From: Ministeria vibrans ATCC 50519
Lineage: Eukaryota > Protista > Filasterea
DNA: 64,000 bases
Assembly (NCBI GenBank): GCA_943704425.1
Contig: CALSCP010000894.1
Coordinates: 1-64,000 of the forward strand
Direction of reading: 5' to 3'
Within the stretch, counting starts at the first letter, position 1, and the number at the start of each line of letters is the position of its first letter. Shown one piece after another: positions 11,916 through 26,900 of this stretch. The position numbers and the translations under genes were made by a program. A model generated the notes under the pieces. That model did not search any database. It worked only from the letters and a program-made list of their open reading frames with translations, and was not told the origin of the DNA.

Positions 11916-14900
11916 CATCACATCATCATCATTATATTTTCTCCATCAATTTTTTTTCCTTCCTCTCTCCTCTTTCTCCCTCTGTCTGTCTTTGTTACTT
12001 ACCGCCTCGGCAGGCCACGCAGGCTTGATGAGCTGCTCGGTCATAAAGTCACGCAACGTCGGCATGATGACACCTCGGTCGTAGGCAGCGGCATTGTCGC
12101 GCACAAGCGACGCAAGCTCTGGGTCAAGTTCGTCACGGTAGCGCATGGCTACGTGGTCCAAAGGTGAGCCACGACTGCGCTGCTCGAGTGCAAGGAACAG
12201 CGAGCGCAGGTGACGCAGCGCCACCGTGCGTGCAATCGTTGCCGTGCCTACCTCCGCGTCCCACACAGACCCGTCAAACAGCAGTGTGTCCACACAAAAG
12301 TCGCGCAGCAACACCTCACCGTCGAGTGCTCCCGCCGCACGACCACCCACACCCACCACAAACGAAATACAGTCTTCCAGCATCGCCATGAGCCGCGCCA
12401 GATGGTACTCAGTGTCCACTTCGGCCCAGATGGTCGCAATTGCCGCGTCACTCAGCTCCGCCTGCGCCACACGCAACTGGAGCATCCCCAGGCGACCTGT
12501 CGTCTGCATCTCCCCCAGGTACTGGAAATGACGCACCTGCACCATCACCGGTCGCTTGTCGGCCAGCAAACCGTTCGCTAGCGCCTCCTCAATCAACTGG
12601 TAGTTATAGTCAAGCGAACCACCTTCGCCCAACGCCAGCGACTGTCGCGAAAACGAGCGCACCAAGGGAAGGAAATGCTCGGCAGCATCATACACAATCA
12701 ACTGCTGTTGCACTGATGCAGTCGGCGTCAGGTACGTCACGGCAGGAATCGCATTGACCACTGGCGCCGCTTCCTCCTCTTCCTCCCCTCCCTCCTCTCC
12801 AGCGGGCCCCGCACCCCCATCGGCATCGGCATCCACGGCGCGAGCCGGCCCGTCTCTCCGCAAATGGTCGTCGTCGTTGGTCGTTGTCGTACGAAGTCGT
12901 GCCAAGACGGTATTGTGACTCGTCTGCAGCGTGTTCAGCAGTTGAATGGTGCACAGGCCCTGGGCATCCGTCTCGCCCTGGATCATTGACGGCAGCGAAA
13001 ACGACACGGGCGTGTCCATGTCCATCCGTTTGCCGCCCGTGCCCGTCCCACTCAGGTCCACCGCACCGTCCGTGCCCAGAAACGGGTTGGCCTGGCACTC
13101 GTACAGGTTACGCACGCGCGGGAACGCCTCGTTGAACCCCACACAGAACCGCTCCAGAATTGCCAGGGCCTCGGCGCGTCGGTCGACGGGCAGTCGCTCG
13201 ATCACGTCGCGATTAGAAATCTCAAGGGCCTCCTCACGACGCACACGTCGACCACTGCCAAAGCACTCGTAGAGTATCCGATGCCATGCAAGCACATCCG
13301 CAATGTACTTGATCGTACCCAACGTCGCTTCTTCCTGCAGAAAGGCGTGCAGCAGTGGGTGCTCACGGACATTCTCGGCTCGCATTGCAAACGTGCGACG
13401 GAAGTGCACAAGCGAAACGGGCGAGCGCACACGCCACACACCCAGCATGAACTTGGTGTTGCTCGGCGACTGCGCCGGTACCGGCAGCTCCTGCACTCGC
13501 ATCCACACCTCTTCGCCCAATGCTGCACGTACACCCGCCGATAGCTGGGCCGTGGAAAGCTCGTCGCGCGCGTCCGTCAGTCGGTCGCACAAGTTTCCTG
13601 CAAAAATCGGATCGACACAGCCCCGCTGGAAGTTCATCTCAAGCTCCGTGCGGTTGGCGGTCGTCGTGGGCGCAGCAGGAATAGTCTCAAACGACGTATA
13701 CGCATTAATAACGAGATGCAGTGCCAGAGTGAGGTCGTCATCGTTGAGGCCCGTCAGACGTCGCATGGCCAACCAATCGTCGTTGACGCGCGCGGTAATC
13801 TCTACGGCAGCCGCATGCTGGTCCACATTGCGGCTCGTGGGATACACCAGACGGAGCGTCTGGAGGACGGAAGGAAGCGCCTGCGACTCGGGCATGCTCA
13901 AATTGACGCGCATAAGAGAGTGGATCATAAAGCGCGTGATGCGCGTGGCCAGTCGCGACGCACCGCGCGACACGCCATCCGCATCCTTACCCAGCGTTGC
14001 ATCCACCATGTAGCCAAGGGTCACGCCACCCTGCAGATCAGCTACGGCCACGCGCTTGTTGCCCTTCGCCGCCACATGACTGCGCCCGCCAATGCGCGCG
14101 CCACAGCCCGGATGCGAGCAGCGCGACTCCTCCATGGGCAACGTGCACTCGCCCACCGTGTACAGATGGCCGTTAGGGCAGTGCCAGAAGCCCACACCAT
14201 GACTCGCATTCGCAATCATGGTCAGCTCGTCGTCAAACATGGAAGGCATGTAGCGCGAGAGAAACACATCAGGTCGCACCAGCAGGTCGTACAGCCACGA
14301 GTTGGGCTTGAGCGACGCCGCAATCGCCAGGTGTGTGGTCAGCTGGTAGTGCGCCAGGCGCGCCCGCGGCGACACCTGCACCGCCGCTTGTTGCACCAAC
14401 GGACACTTGCTTGCGAGCCAGTGGAAAATGACTCGGCGACGCTCGGCGGTCTGTCGCTGCTGCACGCGATGCATAAGGAACGTCGACAGCGCCGTCCAGT
14501 TGGCCGCCACGATCGTCTCGCCATTCGCCACTCCCTCAGTATACACCGCTGCAAACAGCATCTCGTCGAGGCACGGCAAGCGCCACAGGTCCTTGATTGC
14601 CTGATCAATGAGTCGCGTGTCGCCACCGCCAGTCAGACAAATGCGTACCGCGCCACACATACGATCGTATGGCTCACGTCCGCACAACATGGAGAAGGGG
14701 TCCACAAGACGCTCGGCAGAGCGGGCCATCGTCGCCAGACTCGACCCCGCGTGCTCACGGTCCACCGCAAGCCAGGGAATCTCGTGCTTCTCGCGACTTA
14801 CCAGACGCAACAGGCCGTCAATGCCACCGCCATGACGCACCATTTTGCACACAAACTCACAGGCATGCTGGCCATTCGACGCACCCAAAAGTGCAGCTAC

Positions 14901-17900
14901 AGTCGCATAGATAGCCTCGCGTTTCGCATCGGCAGCAGTGCCATCATCCCCATCATCCCCAAACGTAAGCAGTGAGTTAGCGTAAGCAGTCAAAGGCTGA
15001 CGCACACGCGCCACGGCCTGCAGATACTTGGGCAACGACGTAACGGACGGTCCCGTCTCGAAAGTCTTGTCCGTGATCGTCGTCACATCTTCCTCGCTCA
15101 CCTGCAACAGTCGAGCGCGTGCTGCCGCAACTGCCATTGCTGACTCGCCATTGTCCTCGTCGCTCTTCGCCTCCAAGGCATCGAGCGCCTCGCACACACC
15201 GTCTTCGTGGTGCTGCACGTACAGCTGGGCCGCGTGAACACTTCCACTGAGAATGCGCGAAAGCGTTTCCGTTTCCTCGGCACCCGTCGACAGCAGACAG
15301 TGCAGCGACACACGACGCAACGGCAAATCCGCACACGTCTTGGGCACATCCAGACCGCTGAGCTCAAGTATCTCACGGTGATCCGCGTTGTCGCATGCCA
15401 CAATCGCATAAAGAATATCAAGTATAGCAGTGGACAACGCTGCGTCCCGCGGCAACTTGGACACGCCCATCTCGTGGCCAAAGACAATCTCGTGCAAGAA
15501 GCGACGAACAAAGTTGCCAAGGCACTGCTCTTCGCTCGAGTCCGCAGCGCCCTTCTGGCCTCGCATGGGCGCCCACACTAGCGCACACTGGTCACGCACA
15601 AGGCGTACCACACTCGCAAAGTCCGTCGCACTGTTGGCATCGCACACAGCGCTCGCCGAGACCACTTGCGATACCGACTCGCTGCTCAACGACAGGTACG
15701 ACGAGGGCACTGCCACCTCCTGCACATAAATACGGAGCAGGGTGATCGCAGTCCATCGCTGTGACAGCACCGCATACTGCGGATGCTTGACATCGCGCAG
15801 GTGCAAGAGCAGCGCTTCAACGTGCACGCGCAGTGACGAGATAGCATCAAGCCAGGGCGACCACATCTCCGAGGGATCGAGGGGGCTCTCGTGCACTGTG
15901 ACGTGTGCACTTGTGAAGGGCGCACAACTTCCACCGGCTGCCCACGCGTGGGCAATGGAGGTGGCACGGAAGCTGAGCATCGGTCGGCTTGGCTCGTTCG
16001 TCTTGGCACGCACTGCCCTAATCTTTCGGTGGTAAGCGTCAATTTCCACGCCGTATTCGTGCAGCGCCTGCTGGTGTGCCACATGCTGAGAAATGTAAGT
16101 GGCCAACGGTGGCAGGACGTCAATGAGCTCGTCAAAGAGCGACAAAAGCATCGACGAGACTGCATCGACACAGAGACCGCTGCCACTCAAGGTGGTGCTG
16201 CTCTGAGACGGCTCGGCACAGAACGACTCCTCAATAGCACTCCTGAGATGCACCGGGAGCGTCGGGAGACCAATTACCGACAGAATGTGCAGCAGGGAGG
16301 TCTCGTTGAGCCACACGGCCGCGTGGACACCGGCCGGAAGTTGTGACATGTCGCCCGAGACACACTGTCGCACGATTGTGGTGTAGACGCGCACAAGCTG
16401 CTCAAATGACACGCCGGGCACGCGCGACACCGCAGTCGACACGTAGTCGTAGAGGTAGGAGTCGCCCAGAAGCTTTAAACGCGAAAACTCGAGCCACTGC
16501 GACACAATCGACTCGCCAAAAACACGTTCACACCATTGGTGCACAAGACGCACAAGACTCGCACTACTCGAGACTGCCTGGCTCATGAGCGTTTCGCGCA
16601 GCTCGGTCGTGCTCTCAAGCGATCGAATAATCGCGTAGCTCATGGGAAAGCGCGACACGAGCGATCCATGGACGCCTGTGTTGAGCACTTCGCTCGTGAG
16701 CGCACCAAAGTACCCCGTGCCATCGTCGTCGTCAAACGAAGCATCTTCGTCGCCACTGCCACCCGTCATGTCGTCACCCACATGGCGGTCACCATGAAAG
16801 CGCAGAAGACGTCCGCGCGATGCCATGGTGCTCATGCTAAAGAGTGCCTTGCACTCAAAGTGTGCGTACCACATCTCAATGGTCGCCTGTGAGACACTCG
16901 TCTCGTTGCCCTCGCCCTCTCCCTCAACCGGCACTAACATGGACAGACCAAAGTTGGTGTCGAGCGAACGCAGAACATGGGCAAAAGTCGACACGAGCAC
17001 TGCATCCATTGCAAGATAGAGCGACTGGCGGAAACTACCGCGCGACAAGTCGCTACAGGCGAGACGAACATGCACGTGCATTCCCGAGTGGTCCACCATA
17101 CGATGCTTCTCGAGCACCGCAAGCATGGCGCGCTCGAGCACCCCGGCAAACCGGAGGTCTGCCAGCAACGCTTGAACCATGCGAATGCGACGCGAGAATG
17201 AATGCATTGCAGGTTGCTCGCGTGCGGGACGCTCGCTGCCAAGACGGTCGCCGGGAAGCGACGCCAACGACAGCTCGGGTACCTTGCACATGGAGAGCGC
17301 CGACTGATACTGACTGTTGAGCACACGATGCATGTTGATGTGACCGCCGCTGACCAGATCAAACAGCGACTCGTGAGTCACAAGCTCCATCGTGAGCTGT
17401 CGCTTCTCCACCGTCGCCTCGTCCATCATGTTCTCCTCGCCTACGTCGTCCTGGTCGCCTGCACGCAGGTCATCGACAAACAGGTAGACCCAAGGCGCAT
17501 GGAAGTCGACCAGATAGTGACGCTGACGCTGACGCACGCCCGGTGGTACATGCACGAGAAACACAATATGACGCTGCTGCTCTGCCGAGCGCACGCGCCT
17601 CGAACCAAAATCTTCACAGTAGAGTATGCGCTGGCGCACGCAAATATGTCGTGCATGATCAATGAGAGCCTGGCCACACACAAGCGGATCGCACTGTATC
17701 ACAAGCACCGAACTCTTGCTCTTGGCGTCGGGCTGACGGAAAAACTTTTGCAGATGGTCCTGCAGCTGTCCCTCGCTCGAGAGTTCCGACAGCTGCACCA
17801 CCTCGTAGGTTGTGGTTGAGTGCGCACGCTCAAGCGCCAGACCAAGATGAGCCACGGGCGAACGTGTCATGGTCACAACAAGCGCACCAAGCGCACAATG

Positions 17901-20900
17901 CGGGTCGCTCGCAGGCGACGGCTCCGCATGCACCACAAAGCGATTGACGACACTTAAAAAGTCCGAGTGCACATCAAAGTACTCGAGTGAGTCGCACGCG
18001 CGCAGAACAGATGACGTCATGACGGCCACGGGCAGCGCAATGTGCGCCAACATGAGCTTGAGTGGCTCGCAGAAGCGCTCAACGGCCACCTCCTCGTCCT
18101 CGCTCTCGTCCAACGTCGCAATAGCGTCCGCCGAGAAGCCAGTCGCACGCAGCACCAGCGACGGCACGGTTCCTGCATGGAACCCCGCAAAGACTTCCTC
18201 CTTGCAGTCCATTCCCGAATCTCGCAGTACCATCGACGTCCACTCCTCCAGCAGATCCACTGCCATCAGCTGACGTCCTTCAAGCACATTCGCCGGGCAC
18301 AACACCTACGGCAAGAGAAAGAGAGAAAAGGGAGAGGGGAGGGAGAAAAAAAAACAAAGTGATATAAAGTGAAAGAGAAAGAGAAAAAGGCCATTAAAAT
18401 ATCATAAATTAATATCATAATACGTCTTATTATATTATTATTAAAAATTATTAAGATTATTTTACCTGTTTCTCGAAGCGGTTGAGAAGGGGCAAATCAA
18501 GGCGTTCGAGAGCGTGACGTTCCTCGACAACCACCACAATCTTGAAGGAGTCGGCGACGGGGCAGAGCTGGGAGCGAGCGCCAATGGCAAGACGGAGCAT
18601 CTTGCGGGTCATATTGGTCTTGGTGTCGTGCTTGAGGAGGTAACGCTGGTTGAGCACGTCGTAGAGGGCCTCGTAGATGTTGTCGTGGTTCAGCAAAACA
18701 ACTGTGTTGCCATTGGCCATGGCCATCTTCACTGCGTTGATCTGTTGCACCAGATGAAGCTCGTTCATGTCGTCCTGGAATTGCGAACCCACAAGCACCG
18801 TCGTGTCACGCTCGCGCAACAAACCACAGCCAAACATGAGCGGCAGCGCTGCGCCATTGCGTGTCAGAACCATCAGATGCCGCGCTGCACGGTCTTCAAG
18901 GTTCGCCTTGAGCAACGAGCGCACCGGCGGCATGGGTGGCAGCCCTTGTTGGCCGTCGCCGGCAAAGCAACTCGCGTGGAACACATTCAACACACGCTCG
19001 GTCAAGGTCGGCTTCCCACCAAAGTTGCGACACAACGCATCCACCAAAAGCTCCGCCGTCAGCGCCACCACAGGCTCAACACTTTCTGCCGCCGCCACAC
19101 GACTCGACGGCCCGGCGTCCTCCTCATTTGCCGCCTCCACTTGCCCTTCCTTCTCTTCCTTATCTCCTTCGCTCGCAGTCATCCCCGTCTCCTTCTCCTC
19201 CTCCTTCTCCTTCCTCTTCTTCCTCTTGGGCACCAGCTTGCGACGCAGCAGCTTGAGCAGACTGTAGTAGTCACGCATGCCAATAAAGTCACGTCCATCC
19301 TGCTCCGAGTACACCTGATGGTACGCCTGTGCCAGTGGCGCAAGCCATGCCCCAAGCACCGTCGGTGCACCGTCGTCACCGTCCCCTCCACCAATGATCC
19401 GCTTGCCGGTCAACTCAATGTCACCCTCGCTCGGTTCGGTGCGCTGTAGACAAATGGCACGGTTCATTTTGGCCGGATCCAACACCCAATTGGACAGTCC
19501 AACAATCGCAATAGGAGGATCAACCAACATCGCGTGAAGAACCTACAAAGAACACAAATACACACATATGAGTCATGAGTGACAAAACGGGTTCATGCAA
19601 AGACAAAAAGGTAAAGATTATAGAGAACCTTGAGGGGCATATCAGGAGAGTGCTCCGCCAGACCGACTTCATCAAGCAACAAAATGGTCCGCGTATTCTG
19701 AGCGTGACGCTCATAGCTCACGGCCATATCGTATTGGTGCTGGATCGAATGTGACGAACTCATGGGTGAACATTGGTATTGAAACACATAGACGGACGGG
19801 AAGCGGCGCCAAAACTCTCGCGGGCTTTGGGCCCCTTGAAGGTTGCTTGACACCACTTGCATTGTCAGGGTCTTTGACGATCCAGGCTATACACATAAAC
19901 AACAAGGTCAGCAAAAAGTACTTGCTAAATGCCGTTAAAAATCGTGTACCTTTCCGACCATAAAAATGGGAATGCGATTAAGCACGCAAATGATGACGAC
20001 AAAGAGATTCTCTTCCAAAGCGCCATTCATTGCAATGCCATCCTCCACTTCAATGTTGTCGCAGAAGCGACGTTGCACCTGCGACAGAATCGCCGCAAAC
20101 GCACCAGGTTTCTGCAGCTTATCAAATCCTAACACACACACACACACACACGCGCGCGCGCGACAGATTGACAGACACACACACACACACACAATAATTG
20201 TTAAAAATCAAATTCCTCTCCTCTCTTCCCACGCCGAACCTTTTCCTCTCATGTTTCGGTCGGCAAACGGTAAACTCCAGCGCAACTGCCCCCACAGTTC
20301 GTTGCGGTCCTCCTCGCGCGGCAGACAGTACTGGTAAACAAAGGCAATGCCAAGCACCACAGCCGCGGCAAATGGCGACAGCTTGTGGTTCTCCTTGCGC
20401 GGCACAATGTACGTCGAGAACCACGTCACAAGGTTGAGACAGCGTCGCACGTCGCGCAGACTGCAAGCGCTCGGATCGCCCTCGGTGGTGCGCACAAACC
20501 GTTGTGCAATGACAATCATCTGTGCAACAAACTCGTGCACGGCGCTGTGGAGCAAGCGAGCCGGCTGGCAGTCGCGCACCATGGAGCGCACATAGAGCAA
20601 CTCTTGGGCGTCGGTGAGCGAACCAAAATCAAAGATGAAGTCTTGGAGCGTAGCCGGAATGGGGTGAACGCGATAGACAAGAGAGCGCATGGGATCCGGT
20701 GGGAGCGCAGTGCCTCCGCCGCCCTTGGCATTCGTGTGCATCTGGAAGACCAGCCCGGGTCCTTCATTGCCCAGATCGGGTCTACGACGATAGGGATTGA
20801 GCGCCGCCAACACCTGAATGCCGTCCGCAATGCGTCGTCCAAAGAGCGTCCGGCGACAAATCACCTCGCACATCAGTCCCATGTGCGCACACGCGTTGAT

Positions 20901-23900
20901 CTCATCAAGGAACACAAAAATAGAACCCTTGTTCCCCGCATGCGCCTCGCCCAGACTCTCCTCGGCACGCTCAAAGATGCGCACAATGTCCCGCTCAGAC
21001 GTGCCACCGTGCACATCCAACACTGACAGCTTGACATCAAGCCAGGCACACAGGTAGCGAATGAGCTGCGTCTTGCCTGCGCCACACTCGCCCATGAGCA
21101 CAACAGGAATGCCACAACGCACACGCACAAAAATGGCAAGCATCTTCAGGAGCGCGTCACCCGTGAGGCAGTAGCGACCATCAAGTAGCGCCGATGCCTC
21201 ACTGCGCGTGCGAAGAACACCGGTCAAACCCGAAAGAATCTCGTCGAAGCGCGAGTTGAGATCGTCGAGTCCCTCACCCACGTCAATCTTGTTCTGCGTC
21301 AGGTGTGTGAGCAGTCCCGGATGCATCTTCTCGCGCATGCGTTTGGGGTCAAGCGACAAAAACGACACGCGATGAGCCTCGTTGTTAAACAGCATGCACT
21401 CGTGATTGCTGTCGTTCCAGCGAACAAGTCGTTGCAGCCGTGCTCCATAACCAAAGCGCTCTGCCTCCACATCAACCTCGGCCACCTCGTCGGCGGCACG
21501 CTGCGCCTCATCGGTAAGACGCCAACGCGACGCACCCAATGCGCCACGGTAGCGTCGGTACTCTGCAAGCTCTTGGGCACGCGAGAGAAGGACAAACTTG
21601 CAACTTTGCTCAACGATGTCGGGAGGCATGCGCAACCAGTTGCCCTCCAAGTTTGAGGTTTCGCTCAGCGCAAAGGCACCCTCCTCGTCAGAGCACACCG
21701 CCGCAATCTGCCAGCACGTCTCGCGACTGCTCCAAAACAAGTGGCGTCGGTACGTCTGCTCCGTCTTGATGTAGTGCGGTCGCCCGCTAATGTCGTCGTA
21801 CGCCGGCTGTCGCGAGTACAAACCGACATCGCGTGCGTCGGGAGCGCCCGAGACGTGAACTCCTTCGCCGCGAAACGCTGTAGGCACACGTTGCTCACGC
21901 ACACGCATAGGTACACAGCGCTCCCACGACGGCGATGTGGTCCAGCGTCCGTTCAGGGTTGGGCCTGCCGACTCGCTGAACACCGCCCCGCGCGGCTCCA
22001 CAATGTCGTCAATAACCCACTTTTGCCAGAGGTGACGGTAGTACAGGAAGAAGTTGGCCATGCGAAAGCACGGCTGGTTGTCATTATCAAAGTCGGTGCG
22101 GTTCCACAGTCCGTTCCACTCGGAACGCGACATGTTCGAAACGTAGCAGCTCACAATCACCTCGGGATCCGCCTCGATCATTTGCACCGTGCTAAACTCG
22201 GCAGCCGTATTCGAAATAAACTGTAGCACCTCACCCTTGATCTTCTCCTTACTTTCGCGATCGTGCGAACTGGGTGCGTTCATGTCGGGCAAGCATGCCG
22301 TCTGAATAGGCGATTCGGGGTGATGCATCTCGCGCAGTTGATAGTACACGATGTTCACAAAGTTCCACAGGCACCACAGCGACACGTGCTGGCCCGTCTG
22401 CAGACTTGCGCGAACCAGCAGCTCATAGCACCGCTCGCTTGAGAGCACATCAAGGCGACGCTGATGTGCAAACTGACCGTCGCTCAATTGAATGGTTGTC
22501 ATCTCGTGGAGGAGCGACTCGGGCACCGTCGAGTCGTCTTGGGACACAAAGCCACCAAATTCGTATGGGAAGAGTCCACCTCGTGACTCCTTCAAATGGA
22601 GCGCATTGCACACGTAGTGGAGACGCACAAAAGCATTTGCCGAGGATGTGCCGCCGAGGTAGAAGGTCGCATCGTACATATGACCGTCTGAGGATTCGCG
22701 CTCGTGGCGAGGCTGCGTGGCTGCTCGCTTGCCCTTGCCCTTGCCCTTGTCCTTGCCACTCAACTCATTTGTCATGCTCGTAACCGTGGTGACACTAGTC
22801 ACAGCAGTCGTCGTCGCCGTCGTCGTCGCGGTCGTCGTCGTCGTGCTTGTCGAACTGGCAATGGTCTGGTCATTGTATACCAGTGGACGAGTACCGTCGC
22901 TACGCGGCGAGTAGAATTCGTCACCCATGGCACGCGCCAGGTAAGGCGCAGGACCCGAGCAAAAGGTCTCGCTCGAGACAGCAACATTGCGTCGCGGGAG
23001 GATCTGGCAAAGGCGGAGACGGTCAAGAAGAGGACCGTACGCAATCTCAATGGCAATCATCGTCGAGGAGGGCGTCCACGAAAAGCTCTGACCGCTGCTG
23101 GGATCAAAGAGCGAACCCAGGTAGAGCAGCTCAAAGAGTACCGAGCCAAACTGGGGCGCGACAGGATCACCGAGATCCAAGTGAATCAACAAGTGCTGCT
23201 CCTTGTCGTGGTGGCTGTCGGTGAGCGCATCCATGCCAACATGAAGCTCGTTCAGCAGCGCACGCGAACTCAGCGACGAGTTGACGGCGACAGTGATGAC
23301 GCTGCGTTGTTGTGTGTCGCCCAGCAGACGCACGGCAAACGACTTGCCGGCACCCGGCGAGGACGCCGTCACCACCAAAATGCCCTGGGAGTAGTCGTCC
23401 GAGAGACGCGCGCCAATCATGCAAAGTGCCTCCTCGGAGAGTGGCGACACGTTGGCGCGACGATGCGCAAACTGTGTCACCAAATGTTGATCGCGTGTTG
23501 AGCCCGAAATGATGAGCATGGGTCCTTGGGCAAGAGATGAGCACTCGCGCAGCGCTAGCGCCGTCTTGTACTGCAAATCAAAGGAGAGCACTTCGGTGCT
23601 GCCCAGGCAGTAGAGAAGTCCCGCTCGATCGTGCTCGTGTGCTCGCTGCCAGCGCAAAATAAGCGTGTGGATCTCCTCCCAGGTGGTGTCCGGGCTGCAC
23701 AATAGCACCTGGGGACGCTCTGGAAAGTAGCCAACGCGAGCGTACGCCGACACAATGTGGTCCACGACGCGCGTCGCGTCACTTGTGCACACCACATGCA
23801 CACCAGGTGTACAAATATCCGTGCAAGCAATGCTTGTGTGGCCCTCGAGCAACGCAACATTCTCAATGGCGCGACGACGCGGTCGCACGGCCGAGAGACT

Positions 23901-26900
23901 CGCCGCAAGCACATGGCCCAGTGCAAAGAGCATGCGCGTGGCATCCTCGCTACGTGCGTCCATCTCGCGAATCGCTTCGTGAGCCGCCACTATGTCCGTC
24001 GGCGCAATCTCCGTGTGACTGTGCAGCACAAAGACACTGCCACCCACAGAGTGCCATGCGTGACGCAGCGTCGTGGCAAACTGCTGTACAGCCAAAGCAC
24101 TTCGCGCGTACTCGGGCTGGACGCACAAGAGGAGCTGTTGCAACAGGGGATCAACGTCTTTGGAGCTGCTAGGGGTGTCCGTGGGCTCGACCACAAGCCA
24201 GTCAAGAAGCAACGAGAGCTGACGCATCGAGAAAAAGTTGAGGTAGTAGAGTTCGCGACGTGCACGCAAAATGTCACTGTGCCACTCTTCAAGTCGACGC
24301 TTGCAGTCGAGGGCCACAGCACGACTGACGTTAGCGTCGCACGCCAGAGTTACGTCGTAGTGGTATGTCTGGAAGTTGAAATGACCGCTCACAAACAGCT
24401 CGTGTAGGTGTTCGTTGATGCGACGAAGCCAGGCAAACTGCATGACAAACTCGTCAATGGCACTCTGGACGTCGGCCGTGCGCATACTGGTGCCCGCCAG
24501 CACAATAGACGACTGGAATTCAATAAGATCGTCCACACTAAGCTCCTGTGCAATAGAGGTCGTCTTGCGTGGCAGGTTGTAGTGCAAGCACAGTAGAGTG
24601 TCCAAATTGAGGTCCGCCTCTTTGCCGTACACACGCTCCGTCTTCGTCTTTTTCGCCTTCTTCATCTTCTTCTGTGCACTCGTCGACAACGCAGCACCAG
24701 TGTCGTCGTCATCGTCGTTGTCGTCCTTGTCAATGGCCGCCGTCTTCTTGAGCACCTTTTTGGCTCCCCTGTGTTTGCCATCTGCAGTGGCGCTGGCACT
24801 GCTGGGCGAATACTGCACTTTCCAGTGAGCCTGGCGCGACGGGTGCATGAGCTGCAGAAGACGATCGGGCGCTGCCTCGGCGCCCTTGTCGTCGAGAAGC
24901 TCCATGAGTGCAATGCGCAAGTCGTAGCACACTGTGAGACTGGTCATGATGCGCTCGTTGGGCTCGCCCACACGTTCGAGGGTCGCAAAGTACAGGGAAA
25001 AAGTCTCGAAGCGATCGACGGGACGGTAAATGAGATCGTGCAAGAAGGTACGCACTGTCGTGAGCTGCGACAGAATCTGTTCGCTCGGGCGACCGGGACG
25101 TCCCTCGTGTTCCTCCCACAACTCGGGTGGACACTCCATCTCGGTGCGTCCCAGCGCCACTTCGACGCTGCTGGTAAAGTCGGTGTCGCTCGCGAGAGTG
25201 CGCAGCCACTCGAGAAGCTCAAACGAGGCACACACAATGCGCATAAGCTTGAGGTCAACCGTCACCAGGCAAGGATGAATGCGCTCCGCCTGTACACCGA
25301 CACGCACGTAGTCGCGCAGACGGTACCGATTCCAAGCGTCCACGTCGTTGTGTGACTGCTCCATGTGATCAATGGCCTCGCGCATGTGAACGAGTTCCTG
25401 TTGCGCACGCGGCGAGTGTTGTACATCGACAAAGATAATGGAGAGCGCCAAAAGAGCGCGCACATGCGTCAGGGACGTGATGACGCTGTGCAAGTGAAGC
25501 CAACGTGTCAGACTTAGATGCATCTGTGCAACCCACGCCTGGTCCACGTCAAGACACGCCCACGGGGAGAGTCCCGATGCCGACGAGGCGCCTGTGATCG
25601 TCAGCAGCTCAAGTTCGCGCGACTGATCGCCGCCACTGCCACACAGGGGGCGAGCCATGTCAACGAGTCGACCAAAGGTAATTTCTGAGTTGCTCAGCTG
25701 ACGATAGAGTTCCTTCCACAGGCGCAATGAATTGACAAGAAGACGCAACGGAAGCTGTGTCGATCCGCCCAAGAGCATCTCGTAAACGTCCCCAGTAGCA
25801 CCACCTTCGCTCTCGCTCGTGTCCTTTTGCTTCTTCGCCGCCGCCGGCTTGCGTACCATCTTGCTGGTGAGTGTTGCCTCGGAAGAAGAAGAAGACGCAC
25901 GATTGTCTTCACTTGCTGTTGTCGCGGCAGCATCTTGCTGTTCTTGTGCCTCCAACTTGTGTTTCTCTGCTTGCCAAATTGAGTTGAACACATCACTTTC
26001 GCGTAGTGCCTCAAGCCAGGGGATGCTGTCAAGAAACACGACGGGCACAGCGTCAATGCGACTGCCCACAAGACCAAAAGTGGACGAGTCAGCGGTGGCA
26101 GCGGACGACGAGAGAGAGACCGATGATGACGATGTGCACGTGAGGATGGCAGAGAAGGTGTCGCGAAAGAGACCCTGGGCGTGACGCAAGTAGCCGGCAA
26201 TGTCGGCGACAGTGAGGCCGCGCCAGTTGACGTCGACATATACAATGCCATGGTGCAAGTCAGTGTCGTCAAAGTACACGCCCGCGATCGACTTGGCACG
26301 GCCGGTGAGGGCCGCTGCGGCATGAATGCTGTCACGTACGGCCACCAGCTGATCCACCGTCTTAGGGTGACCCAGCGCGGCCCAGGCACCCGCAAGCGAG
26401 TCACGACCGGAGAATAGCAAATCAATGTTGCGCACAAGAATGGAGCCAGATGTGAGTGCCGTCGACGCAGTCACAAGGTGCGACGCAAGTTCGCTGAAGA
26501 GCGCTGCTGTCTGTCGCGTGCGCTGCACACACTCACGCTCCTCCCAGACAGACAACAGCAAGGCGACTGTACTGTCGTCGACACCAGCCTTCTGGTTGGT
26601 CGGGTGTGTGAGACGGCGCTCTTCTTCGCGCGCATGCCACACCACAAAGGACGGCCAACCAAAGAGAGACTGGCGAAGGAAGCTCTCAAAGGTGATTTCT
26701 TTGGGTCGGGCGCCGGGCTTTGACGGAGCATTCGCCTTGACCAACTCCTGCTTGAGGGCCGTGAAAAGGGACGCCATGAGTGCGGCAACGATGTCAAGGT
26801 AGACAGGATCGGTGCGCATGTGAAGGGGCAGACGCAGGATCAAGGGAGGCGTCGGTGGTAGAGTGGCAGTTGTGCCTGGCAGTTGTGCGGCAAGCGTCTT

